Source: an uncultured Bacteroidota bacterium
GTDB lineage: Bacteria; Bacteroidota; Ignavibacteria; Kryptoniales; JAKASW01
Length of the DNA: 64,000 nucleotides
Assembly: GCA_963808245.1 (NCBI GenBank)
Contig: CAWEES010000002.1
Span: forward strand, 43,032 to 107,031
Direction of reading: 5' to 3'
Positions 18,572 to 24,379 of the stretch are shown here, one piece after another. A program made the position numbers and the translations under genes. A model generated the notes under the pieces. The model ran no database searches. It was not told where the DNA came from and worked only from the letters and a program-made list of their open reading frames with translations. Numbering within the stretch: position 1 is the stretch's first letter; every line of letters starts with the position of its first letter.

Positions 18572-19612
18572 TCATTTCAAGAGCATGAGCTTCCGCGTTG
18601 CGTTGTAACTTCCCGCCTGTAATCTATAGAAGTACACTCCGCTAGGAAGGTTTGTGCCATCAAACGTGATTGAATGGCTTCCTGCATCCTGGCGTTCATC
18701 GACTAACGATTTGATTTGTCTCCCGAGCACGTCGTAAACTTTCAAAGTCACACGACTCCCAACCGGCAGCTGATAGCTGATAATGGTTGTCGGGTTGAAG
18801 GGGTTGGGATAATTGTCTTCGAGAGTATAGTCTAGCGGAATTTTCTCCTTCTCTTCTATCCCGGTCAGCTTAGCTACGGTCACCCAAAGCGTATCGGAAG
18901 TCCAGTACCCGTTAATCTGTCCAACCACAGCATGGTTGCCGTATGCCAGCGTGTCGGTGATAGGAAACGGAGGCAACTCCCATGTAACCAAATCTTGTGG
19001 AGAAAACACGGCAGGTACAATGACCAATGGACATGGGCGATGTGCAGCAAGGTTGAAATTATCGAGATAGTAGTTCACGTCGCAATAAGACAGCCACAAA
19101 GTGTCGGGAACGCTCCCGATATTTACGGCAGTCAAAGCCACATGTATGCTGTCTCCATAATGATATACGGAGCTATCTGTTGAAACGTTGTATCTCATTG
19201 CGGCACCTTGAATAACTGTGACCCACAGCGTATCGGAAGTCCAATAGCCGACGACCTGACCGACAACTGCATGTTCCCCTGGAGAAAGGGTGTCACCTTT
19301 CACCGGATAGGGAGGGAGGTACGCCGAACCCCATGTGACTGAATCGTGCGCGGGGATCGTGGTTTCTGTAAGTACTGCTAAGCAGGCCCGATTGGCGCCA
19401 AGATTGAAATCATCGATGTAATAGTTGACCTGACATGAGGAACCAAAGTTTAATGTCACTGTGGTATCTGAAGTGTTGACAGCAGTTATTGTAACATGGA
19501 TGCTGTCACCGTAGTGATACACGGTACTATCCGTTGCCACGCTGTATTTCACTTGAGAAAAAACAACGACATGTGTGAAAAGCATCGTAGTCACGAGAAT
19601 CAATTGTTTCAT
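18572..19612 (-). CDS. secreted protein with two tandem ~115-aa Ig-like domains (possibly BsuPI/protease-inhibitor-like) and a T9SS C-terminal sorting domain
   Basis: 346 aa with a signal peptide. There is an internal duplication: KYSVATDSTVYHYGDSIHVTITAVN...GYWTSDTLWVTV versus RYNVSTDSSVYHYGDSIHVALTAVN...GYWTSDTLWVTV. The T9SS tail is NYPNPFNPTTIISYQLP...VYFYRLQAGSYNATRKLMLLK. Confidence 0.75.
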   Translation of the reverse strand: MKQLILVTTMLFTHVVVFSQVKYSVATDSTVYHYGDSIHVTITAVNTSDTTVTLNFGSSCQVNYYIDDFNLGANRACLAVLTETTIPAHDSVTWGSAYLPPYPVKGDTLSPGEHAVVGQVVGYWTSDTLWVTVIQGAAMRYNVSTDSSVYHYGDSIHVALTAVNIGSVPDTLWLSYCDVNYYLDNFNLAAHRPCPLVIVPAVFSPQDLVTWELPPFPITDTLAYGNHAVVGQINGYWTSDTLWVTVAKLTGIEEKEKIPLDYTLEDNYPNPFNPTTIISYQLPVGSRVTLKVYDVLGRQIKSLVDERQDAGSHSITFDGTNLPSGVYFYRLQAGSYNATRKLMLLK

Positions 19613-19875
19613 TGTTTCTCTCCTTTCACAAGTGTGGTTTACGGGATAAGTACCAACTTCTCATTTCTCGTTAAGATATTAATTGTGAAGGAATTTGGTT
19701 TTGCATACCGCCCAAAAGATCAAACAATAGATGCACCTTATCCTCCTATCTTGTAGAGGATGCAACATTAATGCCACCGCATACCATCAAATCAAGAGCA
19801 TTCAGCCACTAAACTTGCGAACGGTCAAGACACTCTGCAAATGTTGCGCATCAGCGCGCAAAACCTGCGATGTTA

Positions 19876-20886
19876 CTAATTCACAACACTTTGCCCGAGT
19901 ATTTCAGAGATCACCACGACCATGGCATCGGCGTCTTTGTAGCCGCCGGTCTTGAGTTTCAAATCTACGTCGAGGAGTGTTGCGAGTGCTCCTTTGATTT
20001 CACCAATTGAAAAGATTTTTGCTGCGGCTGTGTACTCGTTTATAAACGGGTTCCATTTTCCGAATACGCTCGTCGAAATATTGTTCGGGTTTGTTCCTTT
20101 AGCCGCGAGGTGTTTTACCTGAAGAAGGTTCAGGAAGTAGCGGCTCAGCATGAAGTTTATATAAACAGGTTTCTCGCCATTGTCGAGCATCTTACCGGCA
20201 ATTTCCTGCGCCCGTTTCGAGTTCCGTTGTCCGATAGCTCGCTGCAGTTCGAATATATTGAACGCCCTTGATTTACCAACTACCGCCGTTATATCGTCTA
20301 TCTCGATTTTCTTCTGGTCTCCGATGTAGAGGTTGAGTTTTTCGATCTCGGCCGTTAGATCGCCGACAGAATCGCCTGTGAATTCGATGAGCAAATCGAT
20401 CGCGCCGCCTTCGAGTTCTTTGCCTAATGAAGCCGCAGTCTCCTTGACAAAGTCCGCCAGCTCCACCCCTTTCATTCTGTTGAATGTCAATGTCTCTGCC
20501 GATGAGGAAATCTTTTTATAAGGCTCTTCCGACAATTTTATTTCACCGGCGGAAAGGCACAGGATATTTGTGTCAGGCAAATCAGCGATATGATCGGCAA
20601 TATCAATACGGTATTTCTTATCCATCTTGTCGAACCTCCTGACGACGGTAAGATGGCGGGCACCGACAAAAGGGAAGCTGAGCATGGATGAAAGAACCGC
20701 CTCAGAGTTCGTATCGGTCCCGTCAAAAATATCGAGATTGAATGCGCGTTCACCAGGCTCGACGGCGCTGTCTATCAGGAGTTCAACTGATTTTGAGACG
20801 AAGTAATCTTCGCTCCCGTGAATGAGATAGATCTTCTCGAATTTCTTCTTTGCTATCGCCGAGGCGAATTTCTTGAAATCACTCAT
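19876..20886 (-). CDS. holA: DNA polymerase III subunit delta
   Basis: 336 aa. The N-terminus KKFEKIYLIHGSEDYFV and the overall length and pattern match HolA. Confidence 0.8.
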   Translation of the reverse strand: MSDFKKFASAIAKKKFEKIYLIHGSEDYFVSKSVELLIDSAVEPGERAFNLDIFDGTDTNSEAVLSSMLSFPFVGARHLTVVRRFDKMDKKYRIDIADHIADLPDTNILCLSAGEIKLSEEPYKKISSSAETLTFNRMKGVELADFVKETAASLGKELEGGAIDLLIEFTGDSVGDLTAEIEKLNLYIGDQKKIEIDDITAVVGKSRAFNIFELQRAIGQRNSKRAQEIAGKMLDNGEKPVYINFMLSRYFLNLLQVKHLAAKGTNPNNISTSVFGKWNPFINEYTAAAKIFSIGEIKGALATLLDVDLKLKTGGYKDADAMVVVISEILGQSVVN

Positions 20887-20927
20887 GTAGCCTTACCCTA
20901 ACGACATATCCGGGAATTCGTCCGCTA

Positions 20928-20956
20928 TCATTCCCGCTTGAAACATGCGGGAATGA
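20928..20956. repeat. 10-bp perfect stem-loop (TCATTCCCGC-ttgaaacat-GCGGGAATGA) between the cyclophilin gene and holA
   Basis: The inverted repeat is visible in the sequence. A third GGGAAT copy lies at 20912-20917. No T-tract follows on the minus strand. Confidence 0.35.
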
Positions 20957-21009
20957 CATTGCAGGGAAGTATTTGCTTCGTTCAGGGTAACCTCGGATAG
21001 CTTCATGAA

Positions 21010-21681
21010 TCACTTCTCCAGATAAGCCTTCAAGATATAAACGGGTTTTATCGGTACATCACGCTGGTCGCGTGGTTGAACGGAAATGGTGTCGACGACG
21101 TCCATTCCTTTGACAACTTCTCCGAACACTGTGTACTGTCCGTCCAGATGAGGTACGTTCTGTACGCAAATATAAAATTGGCTCCCGCTGGACCTGCGCT
21201 GTGGATTGACCTGATCTCCTTCGCGCGCCATTCCAACGGAGCCTCTCAGGTGCGGCTTCTCGATCTCCGCAGGGAGTGTGTATCCCGGTCCGCCCTCGCC
21301 GTAGCTCATCTTGTTAGGGGTTTTCGTGTTCGGATCTCCGGCTTGAATCACAAAACCTGGAATGATTCGATGGAATTGGAGGCTGTCGTAAAAACCCTGG
21401 ACGACAAGTTTCCGGAAGTTCTCGCTATGCACCGGTGCGGCGTCATCGTAAAGTTTAATTTCTATGTTTCCGTAGTTTGTTTCTAGTATCACGTTTTTTC
21501 CTTTCGTACTGCAGCCAATTAATAGGAATGTAAGAGCAGCGGCTGCCAAAAATGTTCTCTTCCATAAATCATGAAATGATTTAACCCTGGCGACACCGTA
21601 TGCAATACGGTGCCGCAATAACTTGATCCTGCCTTCAACCCTGAACGGGTTGAACTTATCACAATAAATATTTTTCGTCAT
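21010..21681 (-). CDS. peptidyl-prolyl cis-trans isomerase, cyclophilin type, lipoprotein (true start probably downstream of 21681, e.g. TTG at 21618)
   Basis: The cyclophilin signature FHRIIPGFVIQAGDP, GSQFYI and the lipobox LLIGC are present. The first ~29 codons of the ORF-track model overlap the tnpA 3' end and are read through two hairpin repeats. Confidence 0.85.
   Translation of the reverse strand: MTKNIYCDKFNPFRVEGRIKLLRHRIAYGVARVKSFHDLWKRTFLAAAALTFLLIGCSTKGKNVILETNYGNIEIKLYDDAAPVHSENFRKLVVQGFYDSLQFHRIIPGFVIQAGDPNTKTPNKMSYGEGGPGYTLPAEIEKPHLRGSVGMAREGDQVNPQRRSSGSQFYICVQNVPHLDGQYTVFGEVVKGMDVVDTISVQPRDQRDVPIKPVYILKAYLEK
21594..21654. repeat. double-hairpin (REP-like) module, copy 1
   Basis: CACCGTAT-GCA-ATACGGTG lies at 21594-21612 and TTCAACCC-TGAAC-GGGTTGAA at 21634-21654. 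Confidence 0.8.
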
Positions 21682-22105
21682 AGTCGATATGGTTCTCCTT
21701 CAAAAGTTCAATATATTCTTCGTGAAACGTCTTAACCTTGTGGTGCTCCTCTTGATTTCTTATATAGTTAATCAAAACGTCCTTCCGATCGAGCGAATAT
21801 GTAAACGCGCCGTAGCCGTCCTGCCATCCTTTAAAATCAGGGAATATATTTTTCTCTTTGATAAATTTAGTACTTGCGAGTTTTATATCCTTGATTAAAT
21901 CTGCAAGTGAAACGGAAGGATGGATATGAGTAAGTATGTGTAAATGATCCTCGACGCCATTGATCTGGTACAGGTGGCAGTTCTTGTTTTCCAATATTCC
22001 CGAAATATACATGAACAATTCTCCGCGGTGTTCCTGGACGAGTGTACGCTCGCGGTTCTTTGTGCCGAATATGAGTTGATATAATATTTGAGTATAAGGA
22101 CTCAT
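21659..22105 (-). CDS. IS200/IS605-family Y1 (HUH) transposase, REP-associated tyrosine transposase-like
   Basis: 148 aa. It has the HUH motif in EDHLHILTHI and the catalytic-Tyr helix YIRNQEEHH. Size and N-terminus (ILYQLIFGTKNRE) are typical of the Y1_Tnp family. Confidence 0.85.
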   Translation of the reverse strand: MSPYTQILYQLIFGTKNRERTLVQEHRGELFMYISGILENKNCHLYQINGVEDHLHILTHIHPSVSLADLIKDIKLASTKFIKEKNIFPDFKGWQDGYGAFTYSLDRKDVLINYIRNQEEHHKVKTFHEEYIELLKENHIDYDEKYLL

Positions 22106-22112
22106 TTCTTGT

Positions 22113-22131
22113 TCAACCCTTTCAGGGTTGA
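22113..22131. repeat. REP-like hairpin in inverted orientation (TCAACCCT-TTC-AGGGTTGA)
   Basis: Its reverse complement, TCAACCCTGAAAGGGTTGA, equals the hairpin at 22758-22776. It lies 8 nt upstream of the tnpA start. Confidence 0.75.
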
Positions 22132-22166
22132 GTCTCCTTTGTTACTTCTCAGCTTTATTCAAGTTG

Positions 22167-22181
22167 AACCCCTTCGGGGTT
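22167..22181. repeat. related hairpin AACCCC-TTC-GGGGTT
   Basis: The inverted repeat is visible in the sequence. The flanking TTG..GAG partly extends the similarity to the GTTGAACCC family. Confidence 0.6.
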
Positions 22182-22211
22182 GAGAGGTGCATCTTGCACG
22201 TTATTCATAGT

Positions 22212-22725
22212 GAATTCTTTTGGGCGCAGAAATGCTTTTTGCATTGTCGTATTTCGTGTTGCGACCATTTATGTTGGTCCACTTCAGATCTTCGTCCATC
22301 AAGGAATCCTGAAAGGATTCAATTTCTGTAACACCGTGCGAACCTCTTTTGGACCCGGAAATCCTTTTTGCATTGTCGTCTTTCGTGTTGCAACCATTTA
22401 TGTTGGACCACTACATATTTTAGTCCATCGGGGAATCGTGAAAGGCGTCAATTTCTGTAACACCGTGCGAACCTCTTTTGGACCCAGAAATGCCTCTTGG
22501 ACTGTTATCATTCGTGTTGCGACCATTTGTGTTGGGCCATCTCAGAGTTTCGTCCATCGGGGAACCCTGAGGGATTCAATTTCTGTAACACCGTGCGAAT
22601 CTCTTTTGAATCCAGAAATCACTCTTGCATTGTTATCCTTCGTGTTGCCATTATTCATGTTGGACCTCTTCAGATTTTTGTCCTTCAGGGAATCCTGAAA
22701 GGATTCAATTTCTTTAACACCGTAT
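22212..22725. repeat. tandem array of four diverged ~128/129-nt units
   Basis: Units start at 22212, 22340, 22469 and 22597. All share the core TTCGTGTTGC...ATGTTGG and the end AATTTCT(G/T)TAACACCGT. Units 1 and 4 contain a perfect GGAATCC-TGAAA-GGATTC stem-loop. Confidence 0.85.
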
Positions 22726-22777
22726 GCAATACGGTGTTAAAGAAGAGGAGACTACTTTCAACCCTGAAAGGGTTGAA
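22716..22777. repeat. double-hairpin (REP-like) module, copy 2
   Basis: AACACCGTAT-GCA-ATACGGTGTT lies at 22716-22738 and TTCAACCC-TGAAA-GGGTTGAA at 22757-22777. Confidence 0.8.
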
Positions 22778-22886
22778 CTGAGTACAGAAGTCGATGGTCT
22801 TCATATCAGATGTGACGCTACTGCGTAATTCCGATATGGAGTGTACAAATCAACCTGACGTTGTATCATATTCATACTACGAGCAG

Positions 22887-23675
22887 TCACCCGGTGAAGA
22901 ACATTAGTAACAGTAATCCAAGCACAATTCTGTATACTCCGAAGACTGTGAAGCGATGAGTTTGAATATACCGCAGCAGCCACTTTACCGCGATGAATGC
23001 TGTAATCGTGGACACGATGAATGCGATGCCGAGGTCGCTCCAGCTCTCTCCGCCGCCGTGCAGCTTATAGGCATCCCACAATAATTTTGCACTCGCCGCG
23101 TACATCGTCGGAATCCCGACAAGGAATGTAAATTCCGTCGCTGCCGCTCGATTGCTCGTGCCGAGAAGCATTGCCGCAAAGATCGTCACTCCCGACCGTG
23201 AAGAGCCGGGGAAAATGGCCGCGACCATCTGTCCCAAGCCCACCGCTATAGCCACTTTCCATGTTATGACGACCGTGTCCGGTTTTTTCGCCGCGAACCA
23301 TTCCGCGACGAAGATCCACAGCCCGCCGATTAAGAGAGCCCATGCAATCGGCGTTATCTCCTCCGGTAATTTGAAACCCATTTTTAAGGCAATGAAACCG
23401 AGGATGGCGGTAATAACAAATGCGGCGATAAGTTTCAGCGCGTAATCGCGATTCTCAGGTTTGGTGAATCCTGTCGCGAGCGACCACAGCCGCTTCCAAT
23501 AGATTATCGTAATCGCAATAATTGCTCCCGCCTGGATGACAACGTTGAATAAATCCGAACGATGTCCTAAACCGAGCTTTTCGGCAATGAGAAGATGTCC
23601 AGTGCTGGAGATGGGCAAAAATTCCGTGATGCCTTCGATAATTCCAAGTATTATGCTCGCGATGTAGTGGTTCAC
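22887..23675 (-). CDS. uppP: undecaprenyl-diphosphate phosphatase
   Basis: 262 aa, polytopic. The BacA signature is GIIEGITEFLPISSTGHL, and PGSSRSG is also present. Confidence 0.92.
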   Translation of the reverse strand: MNHYIASIILGIIEGITEFLPISSTGHLLIAEKLGLGHRSDLFNVVIQAGAIIAITIIYWKRLWSLATGFTKPENRDYALKLIAAFVITAILGFIALKMGFKLPEEITPIAWALLIGGLWIFVAEWFAAKKPDTVVITWKVAIAVGLGQMVAAIFPGSSRSGVTIFAAMLLGTSNRAAATEFTFLVGIPTMYAASAKLLWDAYKLHGGGESWSDLGIAFIVSTITAFIAVKWLLRYIQTHRFTVFGVYRIVLGLLLLMFFTG

Positions 23676-23699
23676 TCTGCCTCCGTCTTTATCTTTGCG

Positions 23700-24344
23700 T
23701 TAAAAGTAATAAACCAATCCGAGGGTAACTCCGACACCGGAAAGGTTACTGCTGACCTCGCGGGAGTTGTTGTTGTTCATCAGAGCCGTTCCATCTTTTT
23801 CCTTGAGGTTGCCGGTGAACTCCGCCCGCGCATCGGCATCTACCCGTGCATAAAAATTTTCGCCAAGCTTTGTGTCTATCGCGGCATCGAATTTTAATCC
23901 GAGGCCGCTCGCCGAGTAATCTGTCGTGCTTCCGTAAGCGAGAATGTCCTGGCTCAAGGAAGAGAAGTGATAACCGATTCCGCCGCCAAGTCTCAAATAG
24001 TAATTGTCACCAGTGATGACCTTCCTCAGCGTAATGGAGGGAAGCGAATAGGAATAGTTGATCTGAATGCTGTTGCCCGTCGATTGATTGGTCAGGTAGG
24101 CATACTCGATCCCTAACGCCCAATCCTCGACGATAAAATATTCAATCCCTGCTTCCAACTGGACGGAGGTAGTAAATGTTCCCGGCGTGACGCCTCCGGT
24201 CGTTCCAGCAAAATATTGAGACAGTGATGGAGCATTGTAATACTCCAAACCGAGTCCTGCTGTGGCCGAGAAATTCTGGGCCATAGCAGACTGTCCGGCA
24301 AGCATAATAATTATAGAAGTCAACCCAATTTTATGAGTGCGCAT
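23700..24344 (-). CDS. outer-membrane beta-barrel protein (OmpW/porin-like small barrel)
   Basis: The signal peptide is MRTHKIGLTSIIIMLAGQSAMAQ (start taken at the ATG at 24344). The protein has alternating hydrophobic beta-strand patterning and the terminal ...GVTLGLVYYF. Confidence 0.7.
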   Translation of the reverse strand: MRTHKIGLTSIIIMLAGQSAMAQNFSATAGLGLEYYNAPSLSQYFAGTTGGVTPGTFTTSVQLEAGIEYFIVEDWALGIEYAYLTNQSTGNSIQINYSYSLPSITLRKVITGDNYYLRLGGGIGYHFSSLSQDILAYGSTTDYSASGLGLKFDAAIDTKLGENFYARVDADARAEFTGNLKEKDGTALMNNNNSREVSSNLSGVGVTLGLVYYF

Positions 24345-24379
24345 AAATTTTTGTACTCCAATTGCATCTCTGTAACAGG

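Larger units (their letters stand above)
21594..22777 (-). mobile_element. IS200/IS605-family (RAYT-like) unit: Y1 transposase gene plus internal tandem array, bounded by a directly repeated double-hairpin module
   Basis: The module [CACCGTAT-GCA-ATACGGTG ... TTCAACCC-TGAAN-GGGTTGAA] occurs at 21594-21654 and again at 22716-22777 in the same orientation. The tnpA ORF and the 4-unit array lie between the two copies. Confidence 0.6.

Noticed and set aside
22180-22698. 172-aa ORF (and overlapping ORFs 22128..22331 and 22497..22781) running through the tandem units
   Set aside because: The translation is just the repeat read over and over (FCIVVFRVATIYVGPL...FNFCNTVRTSFGP). The frame is kept only because two of the periods happen to be 129 nt, and it changes in unit 4 (128 nt). 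There is no SD site or start context and the composition is not protein-like.
22212-22725. Possible CRISPR array
   Set aside because: The units are contiguous ~128-nt repeats with no interspersed unique spacers. The repeat length is far outside the CRISPR range, and there are no cas genes in the window.
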